From Tequatrovirus NIC06P2, in the sequence record OZ035760.1: 64,000 nt of DNA; one strand, written 5' to 3'. The notes under the pieces were generated by a model. That model was not told the DNA's origin. It made no database searches and was given only the letters and a program-made list of their open reading frames with translations. This document shows positions 22,094-32,027 of this stretch, in pieces. A program made the translations under genes and the position numbers. Position 1 is the first letter of the stretch. Every line of letters begins with the position of its first letter.

Positions 22094-23862
22094 AAAAGCC
22101 ACAAGAAATGCAAACGATGCGTAGAAAAGTTATTTCAGATAATAAACCAACACAGGAAGCGGCTAAATCCGCTTCCAACACTTTATCTGGACTTAACGAT
22201 ATATCTACGAAATTGGATGATGCTCAAGCTGCCTCTGAATTAATAGCTCAAACTGTCGAAGAAAAATCGAATGAAATAGTTGGAGCAATTGACAACGTAG
22301 AAAGCGCAGTGAGTGATACTACCGCAGGTTCTGAGTTAATTGCCGAGACTGTTGAAATTGGCAACAATATTAATAAAGAAATAGGCGAATCACTCGGAAG
22401 CAAATTAGATAAATTAACGAGTTTATTAGAACAAAAAATTCAGACAGCTGGAATTCAGCAAACTGGAACGAGTTTAGCAGTAGTCGAAAATGCTATTCCT
22501 GTTAAAGTCGTCGAGGATGATACAGCTGAATCTGTGGGTCCTTTATTACCGGCTCCTGAAGCAGTTAATAATGATCCTGATGCTGATTTTTTCCCTACTC
22601 CTCAGCCAATTGAACCAAAACAAGAGTCTCCAGAAGAGAAGCAAAAAAGAGACGCATTTAACTTAAAAATATCTAATGCATTAGATAAATTAACAAAGAC
22701 AGTTGATTTCGGATTTAAGAAATCTATTTCAATTACTGATAAAATATCTAGCATGCTATTTAAGTATACCGTCAGTGCTGCTATTGAAGCTGCTAAAATG
22801 GTTGCATTGATAATGGCTGTTGTTATTGGAATAGACCTGCTGATGGTTCATTTTAAATACTGGTCAGATAAATTTTCAAAAGCCTGGGATTTATTTAATA
22901 CTGACTTTACTAAATTCTCTAGCGAAACCGGAACATGGGGTCCTTTATTACAGAGCATCTTTGATTCTATTGATAAAATTAAACAACTTTGGGAAGCGGG
23001 AGATTGGGGTGGATTGACAGCAGCTATTGTTGAAGGACTCGGAAGTGTTCTTTTTAATTTAGGAGAGCTTATTCAATTAGGTATGGCTAAATTATCTGCT
23101 GCAATTCTTCGAGTCATTCCTGGTATGAAGGATACCGCTGATGAAGTAGAAGGAAGAGCATTGGAAAATTTCCAAAATTCTACTGGAGCATCTCTCAATA
23201 AAGAAGACCAAGAAAAAGTTGCAAATTATCAAGATAAACGAATGAATGGAGACCTTGGTCCGATAGCAAAAGGATTAGATAAAATTGCTAATTGGAAAAC
23301 TCGTGCATCTAACTGGATTCGTGGTGTAGATAATAAAGAAGCGCTGACTACCGACGAAGAGCGTGCGTCAGAAGAAGAAAAATTAAAGCAACTTTCACCG
23401 GAAGAAAGAAAAAATGCTTTAATGAAGGCTAATGAAGCTCGTGCCGCGATGATTCGCTTTGAAAAATATGCTGATTCAGCTGATATGAGTAAAGACTCAA
23501 CGGTTAAATCAGTTGAATCTGCTTATGAAGACCTTAAAAAACGGATGGATGATCCGGATTTAAATAATTCACCGGCAGTTAAAAAAGAACTTGCTGCTAG
23601 ATTTTCTAAAATTGATGCTACTTATCAAGAGCTCAAGAAAAATCAGCCTAATGCCAAACCTGAAACTTCTGCTAAATCGCCAGAAGCAAAACAAGTCCAG
23701 GTAATAGAAAAGAACAAAGCACAGCAAGCTCCTGTTCAACAAGCATCTCCTTCGATCAATAATACTAATAATGTTATTAAGAAAAATACTGTCGTTCATA
23801 ATATGACACCCGTAACGAGCACGACTGCTCCTGGTGTATTTGATGCGACCGGAGTTAATTAA
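22090..23862 (+). CDS. 29: Tail tape-measure / baseplate hub protein gp29
   Basis: 590 aa, same length as T4 gp29. Confidence 0.92.
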   Translation: MKKPQEMQTMRRKVISDNKPTQEAAKSASNTLSGLNDISTKLDDAQAASELIAQTVEEKSNEIVGAIDNVESAVSDTTAGSELIAETVEIGNNINKEIGESLGSKLDKLTSLLEQKIQTAGIQQTGTSLAVVENAIPVKVVEDDTAESVGPLLPAPEAVNNDPDADFFPTPQPIEPKQESPEEKQKRDAFNLKISNALDKLTKTVDFGFKKSISITDKISSMLFKYTVSAAIEAAKMVALIMAVVIGIDLLMVHFKYWSDKFSKAWDLFNTDFTKFSSETGTWGPLLQSIFDSIDKIKQLWEAGDWGGLTAAIVEGLGSVLFNLGELIQLGMAKLSAAILRVIPGMKDTADEVEGRALENFQNSTGASLNKEDQEKVANYQDKRMNGDLGPIAKGLDKIANWKTRASNWIRGVDNKEALTTDEERASEEEKLKQLSPEERKNALMKANEARAAMIRFEKYADSADMSKDSTVKSVESAYEDLKKRMDDPDLNNSPAVKKELAARFSKIDATYQELKKNQPNAKPETSAKSPEAKQVQVIEKNKAQQAPVQQASPSINNTNNVIKKNTVVHNMTPVTSTTAPGVFDATGVN

Positions 23863-23870
23863 GGAATAAT

Positions 23871-24965
23871 ATGGCAATTGTTAAAGAAATAACTGCTGAT
23901 TTAATTAAAAAGTCCGGTGAGAAAATTTCAGCCGGACAGAGTACTAAATCAGAAGTAGCAACTAAAACATACACTGCCCAGTTTCCAACTGGGCGTGCTA
24001 GTGGTAATGACACTACAGGGGACTTCCAGGTAACAGATCTATATAAGAATGGATTATTATTTACTGCATACAATATGTCATCTAGGGATTCTGGAAGTCT
24101 TAGATCGATGAGATCTAACTACTCTTCTTCATCTTCGAGTATTTTAAGTACAGCTAGAAACACTATTAGTAGTACAGTATCAAAACTATCAAATGGATTA
24201 ATATCAAATAATAATTCAGGAACAATAAGTAAAGCTCCTATCGCAAACATTCTTTTACCGAGATCTAAATCTGATGTTGATACATCATCACATAGATTTA
24301 ATGATGTTCAAGAAAGCCTTATCAGTAGAGGCGGAGGTACTGCTACTGGTGTGCTAAGTAATATTGCTTCAACCGCAGTATTTGGGGCACTGGAAAGTAT
24401 AACACAAGGTATAATGGCTGATAATAATGAACAGATTTATACGACAGCCAGAAGTATGTATGGTGGTGCTGAAAATAGAACTAAAGTGTTTACATGGGAT
24501 TTGACTCCACGTTCAACAGAAGATTTAATGGCTATTATTAATATCTATCAATATTTTAACTATTTTTCTTATGGTGAAACGGGTAAATCTCAATATGCTG
24601 CTGAAATAAAGGGGTATTTAGATGATTGGTATCGTTCTACGTTAATTGAACCTTTATCTCCGGAAGACGCAGCTAAAAATAAAACACTATTTGAGAAAAT
24701 GACATCGAGTTTAACTAACGTTCTAGTGGTTTCAAACCCGACAATTTGGATGGTGAAAAACTTTGGTGCAACATCTAAGTTTGATGGAAAAACGGAAATA
24801 TTTGGTCCATGCCAAATACAGAGCATCAGATTTGATAAAACACCTAATGGTAACTTTAATGGATTAGCTATTGCTCCAAACCTCCCTAGTACATTTACTC
24901 TTGAGATTACTATGAGAGAAATTATCACGTTAAACCGTGCTTCTTTATATGCGGGGACTTTTTAA
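23871..24965 (+). CDS. 48: Baseplate tail-tube cap protein gp48
   Basis: 364 aa, synteny and length match. Confidence 0.92.
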   Translation: MAIVKEITADLIKKSGEKISAGQSTKSEVATKTYTAQFPTGRASGNDTTGDFQVTDLYKNGLLFTAYNMSSRDSGSLRSMRSNYSSSSSSILSTARNTISSTVSKLSNGLISNNNSGTISKAPIANILLPRSKSDVDTSSHRFNDVQESLISRGGGTATGVLSNIASTAVFGALESITQGIMADNNEQIYTTARSMYGGAENRTKVFTWDLTPRSTEDLMAIINIYQYFNYFSYGETGKSQYAAEIKGYLDDWYRSTLIEPLSPEDAAKNKTLFEKMTSSLTNVLVVSNPTIWMVKNFGATSKFDGKTEIFGPCQIQSIRFDKTPNGNFNGLAIAPNLPSTFTLEITMREIITLNRASLYAGTF

Positions 24966-25930
24966 TGTATTCTTTAGAGGAATTTAATAATCAAGCAATA
25001 AACGCAGATTTCCAACGTAATAATATGTTTAGCTGCGTTTTTGCGACAACTCCATCAACTAAAAGCTCTTCGTTGATAAGTTCAATTAGCAACTTTTCTT
25101 ATAATAACTTGGGCCTAAATTCAGATTGGTTAGGATTAACTCAAGGCGATATTAATCAGGGAATTACCACGCTAATTACAGCTGGCACACAAAAACTGAT
25201 AAGAAAATCAGGGGTTAGTAAATATCTTATTGGTGCCATGAGTCAACGTACAGTTCAAAGTTTATTAGGCTCATTTACAGTTGGTACATATTTAATTGAC
25301 TTCTTTAACATGGCATATAACTCATCTGGATTGATGATATACTCTGTAAAAATGCCAGAGAATAGATTATCCTATGAAACTGACTGGAACTATAATTCTC
25401 CTAATATTCGTATAACTGGGAGAGAATTAGACCCTTTGGTTATTTCATTTAGAATGGATTCAGAAGCTTGTAACTATCGTGCAATGCAAGACTGGGTTAA
25501 CTCTGTTCAAGACCCAGTAACTGGACTGCGTGCTTTGCCGCAAGATGTCGAGGCAGATATTCAGGTTAATCTTCATTCTCGTAATGGATTGCCTCATACT
25601 GCGGTGATGTTCACTGGATGCATTCCAATATCAGTGAGCGCTCCTGAGTTATCATATGATGGAGATAACCAAATAACTACATTTGACGTTACTTTTGCGT
25701 ATAGAGTGATGCAGGCTGGAGCAGTTGATAGGCAAGCTGCGCTTGAATGGCTTGAATCTGCTGCTATAAATGGTATTCAAAGCGTTCTCGGAAATAGTGG
25801 AGGTGTTACTGGACTATCTAATTCGCTTTCACGACTCAGTAGATTAGGGGGAACTGCAGGAAGCATTTCAAACATTAATACTATGACGGGAATTGTCAAC
25901 TCGCAAAGTAAAATATTAGGAGCAATATAA
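24965..25930 (+). CDS. 54: Baseplate tail-tube initiator gp54
   Basis: 321 aa, synteny and length match. Confidence 0.92.
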   Translation: MYSLEEFNNQAINADFQRNNMFSCVFATTPSTKSSSLISSISNFSYNNLGLNSDWLGLTQGDINQGITTLITAGTQKLIRKSGVSKYLIGAMSQRTVQSLLGSFTVGTYLIDFFNMAYNSSGLMIYSVKMPENRLSYETDWNYNSPNIRITGRELDPLVISFRMDSEACNYRAMQDWVNSVQDPVTGLRALPQDVEADIQVNLHSRNGLPHTAVMFTGCIPISVSAPELSYDGDNQITTFDVTFAYRVMQAGAVDRQAALEWLESAAINGIQSVLGNSGGVTGLSNSLSRLSRLGGTAGSISNINTMTGIVNSQSKILGAI

Positions 25931-25934
25931 CAAT

Positions 25935-25960
25935 GGGGACCTTTCGGTCCCCATGTTTTT
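25935..25960. terminator. Terminator between gene 54 and the convergent alt-region ORF
   Basis: GGGGACC-UUUC-GGUCCCC followed by T-run. Confidence 0.65.
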
Positions 25961-26249
25961 ATTTACGGAATGAAATAAAAGCAGCAACTGAAGCAACTAA
26001 ACTGTCTTCAATATAAACCTCAATTTTTACCGGAGCTTCTGACTCAAATTTACCTGTTACTACACCTTGGAAAATACTTTCAGTCTGTTCTGGCTTTGAA
26101 AAATTTTCAGAAGGAAAAATTCCGAACTTTTTATCTGTTCCAAAAATTTTGATAAATTCATCATAAACTGCTTCATTAAAAGCATTATCAGCAGGAATAA
26201 CGCCTTCAACTGCAAGTTCTTGACCCAAAAAGCGCAAAGAAGATTTCAT
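25959..26249 (-). CDS. Hypothetical early protein downstream of alt (alt.-1-like)
   Basis: 96-aa ORF with early promoter and RBS GAGGAA upstream. Confidence 0.55.
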   Translation of the reverse strand: MKSSLRFLGQELAVEGVIPADNAFNEAVYDEFIKIFGTDKKFGIFPSENFSKPEQTESIFQGVVTGKFESEAPVKIEVYIEDSLVASVAAFISFRK

Positions 26250-26256
26250 TTTGTGT

Positions 26257-26310
26257 TCCTCATGTTATGTTAGTAAGGCTACTATAACACAACACGAGGG
26301 ACTTGTAAAC
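26257..26310 (-). promoter_or_regulatory. Early promoter (GTTTAC, 17-bp spacer, TATAGT) plus leader; copy A of a 54-bp repeat
   Basis: Minus strand gtttacaagtccctcgtgttgtgttatagtag...catgagga upstream of ORF 25959-26249. Confidence 0.55.
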
Positions 26311-28373
26311 TACATTTTGAACTTTTTAGACATTCCGTTGATGTTAACCAAAGAAGCCAAGATTTGAGAAACTTCGTTTTCCTCTTCTTTTGATTCTTCT
26401 ACAAGGAATTGATTAAATCCAGTCATTGGACGAACTTCACCAGTTTCCATTAAATGGTCGCCATCATAGATTACCGATTCGGTGAGCTCTTCCGTGGTCA
26501 TAACTTCAGCTTGAATGAGTTTTGTATTATTAGATGTTGTTCCGTCATTATTAGAAGCATCAGTTATTTTATTAACTTTGACCATCAATCCACGCGGTAG
26601 AATAACTTCAGCTTCTGTTGCTATTCCGAGACTTCCTGGATATACAACATTAACTTTATGAGCTCCATCAATTGCCCATCCTATTTGAACTTTAACGTAT
26701 TCAGGATTTTCTTTATACGCTCTTATTTCGTTTGGATTAATAGTTATTCCTTCTTCATTTTTATCAACTGTTAATTCATTGCGAGCTTCTGGTTCTAAAA
26801 GACCAATACCAGCATGTGTAATTCCAAAACGTCCAAAAATGATAGGAGTTAAAGAAGTAGATACAAAATTTCTGAAGTAGAACACTTTATTTTTAACTAA
26901 CGCTTCATATATAGGAGCAGTCATACTTTGAGCACGATAAACTGTAATGCCTTCTGGTATACGGTCACCATTTTCAAAAGCTGAATCTAAGTTATTTATA
27001 GCAGATTCAATTTCTTTTTCACTCATTACATCATATCGTTCTGGATTGTAACGACCTAAAAGAAGATTATTGATGTCAGTATATCCTGAACCGCAATATT
27101 CTCTAATGCCACGCTTTTGTGATGGAGTATATTTAGAACCATCGCGGGCAATAGTAATATCAATCATTGGACCAGCACCAATTCCAGAAAAACTGTAAAT
27201 CATTCGTTTGAGGAATTTAGTTTTTGCTGCGTTCCAGGAATTTTTAGTTATTTCTTCCCAGACTTCATCTGGTTGTCCTTTACGATTTTTATTATGATTA
27301 GCAAGCCATTTATCTTTATAATCTTCAAAGAATTGATTTACAGCTGCTGCGTATTTCTCTAAACATTTTATTGAAGTAGTTGGTTCATTTTTAATTGCAT
27401 TAAAAATTACTTCTTTAATTTTTTCTGAAACTTCACCGACCCGACTCAGCGGAAAGAATTTATAATCATAGTGAAGTTCATCTGCCGTTCCTTCAGCAAT
27501 AATTTTTGCTGCCTTTGTTTTAGAAGCTAATGAATTAATTCCAATTTTCATTTCTTCTGCTTCGGGAATTAAAGGTGCAGTAGCTGGTTTATTAAAATTA
27601 GCTGCTGTAGATTCATACTTCTGGAATAATTCACTTTCAAATCTAGAAGATTCCAATGACTGACTTTGTGCAATTGCTCTACGGGAAATTTTAACTTTAA
27701 CGATTACGGCTTGGTCAGAACGTTTATCATTTTCTTGTGCAATTGATGCTGCAATTGCTTCATTTTTAGTTACCTGATTTCCGGTATCTTTGTTGATATA
27801 AACATCACCAACCTTCGATTCAACCTTAGTAAAGAGTTCAGTACTAATTTCTGGAACTCCTGGAATGTCTTCTAGTGATACGTTTTTACGATGTATAAGA
27901 ATATATGCATACTTTTTATCGTAATCCCAGAGTTCCTTAAGAAGGACGTATCTGCCACCTGAACGACTACGGATAAGTCTATCAGCAATAACTTGAATTT
28001 GTCGAGCTTGACCAGCGGTTTTAGACTTAAGAATACGTAGCATACAAGCATCAATTTTATATTGACGCATTGTTTGCATTGCAACAGTAAAAACTGAATT
28101 GATATAATTAATTGGACTTGGACCAAGACCTTTTAATTTAGCAATTGAACCTTTAGCAGTTAATGTAAAAGGAACAATGTGCATCATTTTATCGCCCATT
28201 TTTAAATCGCGATTAGTATCACCTCCAGATGTATAGGTACATAAACGAAAGCCTGGTTGTTCAATTGCATCATCAACGTGAACTGAAAAAATTTGCGGTA
28301 TTTTCTTCTTTGGATTTAAGTTTGTAATCGGAAGAGTAGTATCTTCGTCAAATAATTCTGTAATGAGTTCCAT
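26310..28373 (-). CDS. alt: Alt, packaged mono-ADP-ribosyltransferase
   Basis: ORF 26310-28376; T4 Alt begins MELITELFDEDTTLPITNL, so start placed at the second ATG; late promoter upstream. Confidence 0.92.
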   Translation of the reverse strand: MELITELFDEDTTLPITNLNPKKKIPQIFSVHVDDAIEQPGFRLCTYTSGGDTNRDLKMGDKMMHIVPFTLTAKGSIAKLKGLGPSPINYINSVFTVAMQTMRQYKIDACMLRILKSKTAGQARQIQVIADRLIRSRSGGRYVLLKELWDYDKKYAYILIHRKNVSLEDIPGVPEISTELFTKVESKVGDVYINKDTGNQVTKNEAIAASIAQENDKRSDQAVIVKVKISRRAIAQSQSLESSRFESELFQKYESTAANFNKPATAPLIPEAEEMKIGINSLASKTKAAKIIAEGTADELHYDYKFFPLSRVGEVSEKIKEVIFNAIKNEPTTSIKCLEKYAAAVNQFFEDYKDKWLANHNKNRKGQPDEVWEEITKNSWNAAKTKFLKRMIYSFSGIGAGPMIDITIARDGSKYTPSQKRGIREYCGSGYTDINNLLLGRYNPERYDVMSEKEIESAINNLDSAFENGDRIPEGITVYRAQSMTAPIYEALVKNKVFYFRNFVSTSLTPIIFGRFGITHAGIGLLEPEARNELTVDKNEEGITINPNEIRAYKENPEYVKVQIGWAIDGAHKVNVVYPGSLGIATEAEVILPRGLMVKVNKITDASNNDGTTSNNTKLIQAEVMTTEELTESVIYDGDHLMETGEVRPMTGFNQFLVEESKEEENEVSQILASLVNINGMSKKFKM

Positions 28374-28396
28374 CATATCCTCTCTAGTGTTTATTC

Positions 28397-28404
28397 TATT
28401 TATA
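28397..28404 (-). promoter_or_regulatory. Late promoter TATAAATA upstream of alt
   Basis: Exact consensus on minus strand about 23 nt before the alt ATG. Confidence 0.55.
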
Positions 28405-28410
28405 AAATTA

Positions 28411-28426
28411 AAGGCCCGAAGGCCTT
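28411..28426 (-). other. Hairpin AAGGCC-UUCG-GGCCUU upstream of the alt late promoter
   Basis: 6-bp stem, tetraloop; directly precedes TATAAATA on minus strand. Confidence 0.45.
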
Positions 28427-28614
28427 TAATAATCTATTGGTAAGAGAGTACGATATATTTCAAACTTTGGACCTTTTTCATAGGCATCAAATGTTTCTGT
28501 GAATTTATTATAAGCATATGCATCTATAAATTCAATCATGATTTGTGATACAGAAGTAGAAACATCTCCACCTTCTTTTTGAGCCACGACAATTGTTTCT
28601 AAGTAAGCTTTCAT
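28426..28614 (-). CDS. Hypothetical small protein between gene 30 and alt
   Basis: 62-aa ORF overlapping the gene 30 stop by 4 nt. Confidence 0.5.
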   Translation of the reverse strand: MKAYLETIVVAQKEGGDVSTSVSQIMIEFIDAYAYNKFTETFDAYEKGPKFEIYRTLLPIDY

Positions 28615-30074
28615 AGACCAGTTACCTCATGAAAATCACCAAATACATCTTCGAACGTATTAGCTTTAGTTTTATCTTCGCGCAAACGAATCGCAATCGG
28701 AAGAAATAATTTAACGTAATCAGTGCGGCCATCAGATTTTAACCAACCGTTGCATTCGCACTCTAGAATTTTTCCAATATAATAATTTTGGTTTTCCATA
28801 ATGCGAGTACGGTCAAGTTCATGCGATTTTACACCGGCTTTATCTTTTAAGCCTGAACCAGCATTTACCTTAATTTTTCCACACTCTGACTCAAGAATAA
28901 ATCCACCTGCTTTAGTAGGGTCTTTACGGTGAGGATAAATTCCTACAATTTTTAAATCAACATCAATTACTTCTTTAAATTTATAAAGATTTTTTGAACG
29001 AGCATTTTCCCATAATCCATCGATATTTTTGAGAATAATACCTTCAAGACCTTGGTCAATATACTTTTTATAAATTACCTTAGCTTCATCTAGGTTATTT
29101 ACTACTTGGTTTTCAATTAAAATTACTTTATCATATCCTGATGTCATTTGTTCTAATTTAGAAAAACGTACATCATATTTTAAACGAAATGCTGGAAGAC
29201 CGTATATTTCTACCAACGGAACATAATCCCAGACCTGAAACTTCATGCATTGAGCTTCTTTTTCTGAAATAGTTCCCTTTAAAGATTTATTAGCGATTCC
29301 ATTAGAAGTAGTACGTGATTCAGCTACTTCAGCAAACTCTTTAGCTTTACTAATTTCAGGATAAGCATCAAAAAGAAAATCTAGGCCTTCTGGCTCCTTT
29401 TTAACTTGCTCATGGTATACCAATTCGCCATCAATTAACACACCTTCTGGATGAATCTGGCGGGCTTCAGCGGTCATTTTGATTAACTCTTCTTTAAGAA
29501 GATCTAATCCTAGGTATTCATTACCAGCTCGTGATAAAAGACGGACATCATCTAATTCATCACCTCTAACTTCAGCAAAGCACCGAGCTCCATCAGCTTT
29601 TAACTGGGCAAAGGCTGGAAATTTGATATTCTTATTAATGCCTTTTTCATCATAAGAACTTGCAAGCATTTGAGGTTGTTCAGGAATTAAACCTGGCCAA
29701 ACTTTGTTCGCAATAGATACTGAAGCACCACATTCAAGGTCTCGCATCATCACTCGACGCAAAACTTCAACATCATCTTTTTTACCATCGGTGATATATC
29801 CAGATAATTCCTCAATTGCCGCATTTCCGGTCAATTTCCGAGTAGCTAACGTGAATTCAATGAAGTCAAGCATATCGGTAAGAGTCAACATTCCAAAACT
29901 CTGGGTAGCAATACCAGGTTTAGGCCATTTCTTGATATAATACTGCAACCCACGAGAATAAGTCAGACGATATACTCGTTTAAGCAATTCATTATCTTTA
30001 TTCTTTTCAAGAATTGCTTGCTTCTGCTTAGTTGAACCAATAGATGCTATTTCGTTCAGAATTTTAAGAATCAT
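28611..30074 (-). CDS. 30: ATP-dependent DNA ligase gp30
   Basis: 487 aa, recognised as T4 DNA ligase (adenylation motif KADGAR). Confidence 0.96.
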   Translation of the reverse strand: MILKILNEIASIGSTKQKQAILEKNKDNELLKRVYRLTYSRGLQYYIKKWPKPGIATQSFGMLTLTDMLDFIEFTLATRKLTGNAAIEELSGYITDGKKDDVEVLRRVMMRDLECGASVSIANKVWPGLIPEQPQMLASSYDEKGINKNIKFPAFAQLKADGARCFAEVRGDELDDVRLLSRAGNEYLGLDLLKEELIKMTAEARQIHPEGVLIDGELVYHEQVKKEPEGLDFLFDAYPEISKAKEFAEVAESRTTSNGIANKSLKGTISEKEAQCMKFQVWDYVPLVEIYGLPAFRLKYDVRFSKLEQMTSGYDKVILIENQVVNNLDEAKVIYKKYIDQGLEGIILKNIDGLWENARSKNLYKFKEVIDVDLKIVGIYPHRKDPTKAGGFILESECGKIKVNAGSGLKDKAGVKSHELDRTRIMENQNYYIGKILECECNGWLKSDGRTDYVKLFLPIAIRLREDKTKANTFEDVFGDFHEVTGL

Positions 30075-30340
30075 TGTTCATCCTTTAGAGTTTGGTTTAC
30101 AGCTCTATTATAAATCAATTCATCATTAAGCTCAGTCAAAGACCTGTGGTACGTGGTTCTAACTTTATTTCCTTGCATCCAGTGCTTGACGTAAATGAAA
30201 CCTTGCTCTACACATTTTTTAAAAATTCGTTCGTCTTTTTGAGCTCGGAATTCTGGATTGCATCTAAAAAATTGATTTACGTGACCGTAATCACGTGTAG
30301 TATTACCTTCATTTTCATAAATAGTGTGAACAACAAACAT
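30071..30340 (-). CDS. 30.1: Hypothetical protein (30.1-like)
   Basis: 89-aa ORF coupled to the gene 30 start. Confidence 0.6.
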   Translation of the reverse strand: MFVVHTIYENEGNTTRDYGHVNQFFRCNPEFRAQKDERIFKKCVEQGFIYVKHWMQGNKVRTTYHRSLTELNDELIYNRAVNQTLKDEQ

Positions 30341-31179
30341 TAGAATGCTCCTTGGAAAATATTATCACCACTAGTAGGTCTATTATACAAATACTCTATG
30401 CCACCAGGTTTAATATAGTTCCATGTCTGAAACGGATGTGTCTGATATGGATGATATAGATGATTATAAGGATTAAATCCAGGAGTTCTCCAGGTAGTGT
30501 TCCAAGGAAAAGAATCGTTTTTGATCATCTTCTCGATTGCATCTTTTATAGCTTTTTCACTATCAAAGCTTTCTTTATTTTCCTTTGGTGAAAAAAGCTT
30601 ATTCTCTACATCGTTCCATGTATAAACTCGCTGAGCAGTTTTTGGAATATTGTCACGCTCTCCTCGAGCCATCCAATAAACAGGAACATTTAATATTTCA
30701 CTCGCGTGATCGCAGTGGTGAGCGAGATCGTCAATATAACAAATTACGTTATATTTCTCTTTTGCCTTTTTGAACAACTCTTCTTTTGAAGAATCATGAC
30801 CACACATCATTACTTCTGAGAAGGCACCAGGAAAAAGAGCATTCAAATTAAATTGACGATTCAACAGAGCGTCAATAGAATCACCCAATGCTGTAACAGC
30901 TACAAAATTATAATCTTCTTTTAATTTGTTAATTACACACAGAGCATCTTTATATGGAGACAAGTAACGAATAAAATCTGATCGATTGTATTTTTCAATT
31001 AACTTAACGCCAAGTTCTTCATCACAATTAAAAAGTTTACCAGGAGAAATAAATTTTTCATCTTGAATCATTTTTAAAATATGTTCTAACGGAAGATTAT
31101 ATTTCTGAGCAAAATAAGGAAGGCCTGATTGCCAGCTTAAACATACTCCATCAATATCAGTTAAAATAGTAGGCTTCAT
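30340..31179 (-). CDS. 30.2: HAD-superfamily hydrolase-like protein (30.2-like)
   Basis: 279 aa, N-terminal motif DIDGV typical of HAD phosphatases. Confidence 0.7.
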   Translation of the reverse strand: MKPTILTDIDGVCLSWQSGLPYFAQKYNLPLEHILKMIQDEKFISPGKLFNCDEELGVKLIEKYNRSDFIRYLSPYKDALCVINKLKEDYNFVAVTALGDSIDALLNRQFNLNALFPGAFSEVMMCGHDSSKEELFKKAKEKYNVICYIDDLAHHCDHASEILNVPVYWMARGERDNIPKTAQRVYTWNDVENKLFSPKENKESFDSEKAIKDAIEKMIKNDSFPWNTTWRTPGFNPYNHLYHPYQTHPFQTWNYIKPGGIEYLYNRPTSGDNIFQGAF

Positions 31180-31640
31180 AGAGAGTCTCTTAATAGGTTT
31201 AACACATCAATAAATTCAGCTTCGGTTAGTATTGTATCATCTTTTGTTAGACCACTAGCCATGCTGTGCTTCAAAACTTTTCCTTTCGAGGCTTGTAATG
31301 CATCACGAAAGCCCTTGTTTTGGATCGCTGCTTCAAAATATGCATTTGTGTATAATTCTTTCCACGCCGGGGAGTATCTTGAAAACGGAACTCCAAGCCA
31401 GAAGAGGGTCCCACGGTCCTGAGCTTTAGCATAAGACCTTCCAGCTTGTTGGGCGGCAAGCCCGGATAACCCAAATATACGACGTTGTTGTTCAACATTT
31501 TTCACCTTGCATCCTTGGAGGAATCCTTCGAGACCTCCAAATTGGATGCCATCCATAACGAAAGGCCATTGGGCGAAATTACTTAATGCACATGATGGCC
31601 ACCTAAAATTGCTTCTAATCTCTAACTCAGACATTTTCAA
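31176..31640 (-). CDS. 30.3: NADAR (YbiA-like) domain protein (30.3-like)
   Basis: 154 aa; motif LSNFAQWPFVMDGIQF...EGFLQGCK aligns with the E. coli YbiA NADAR core. Confidence 0.7.
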   Translation of the reverse strand: MKMSELEIRSNFRWPSCALSNFAQWPFVMDGIQFGGLEGFLQGCKVKNVEQQRRIFGLSGLAAQQAGRSYAKAQDRGTLFWLGVPFSRYSPAWKELYTNAYFEAAIQNKGFRDALQASKGKVLKHSMASGLTKDDTILTEAEFIDVLNLLRDSL

Positions 31641-31833
31641 TGCTTATAATTTCAACATCAGCCCAATGACCATAGCAAGGAAGACGAAATTCAATTGGCC
31701 AGTTAGGGTCCTTTTCTAATATAATAGACTTAACTTGTGGTTCTTCATGTTCATCGGTATATGGACCTTTATATGTTACTTTATATGTGACCTTAATGTA
31801 CTGAATTCCAAAAATCTTATTAATTATATTCAT
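31627..31833 (-). CDS. Hypothetical small protein
   Basis: 68-aa ORF within the translationally coupled minus-strand operon. Confidence 0.5.
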   Translation of the reverse strand: MNIINKIFGIQYIKVTYKVTYKGPYTDEHEEPQVKSIILEKDPNWPIEFRLPCYGHWADVEIISIENV

Positions 31834-32027
31834 ACTAATTCCTTTAATCCATAGATAGGAGATAATTCATCACCCATACGAATGTCTTCATTTCCATCTA
31901 CCCAGGAAACAATATAAGCCTCTTTTATTTGAACACCACACCATTTAAATGGAGGTAGAACCTTAGAAATTAATCCAGGTATACCAACTCCCTTTAATTC
32001 AACAGTTTGACCTAAAAAGAATTTCAT
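31830..32027 (-). CDS. Hypothetical small protein
   Basis: 65-aa ORF, coupled to neighbours. Confidence 0.5.
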   Translation of the reverse strand: MKFFLGQTVELKGVGIPGLISKVLPPFKWCGVQIKEAYIVSWVDGNEDIRMGDELSPIYGLKELV

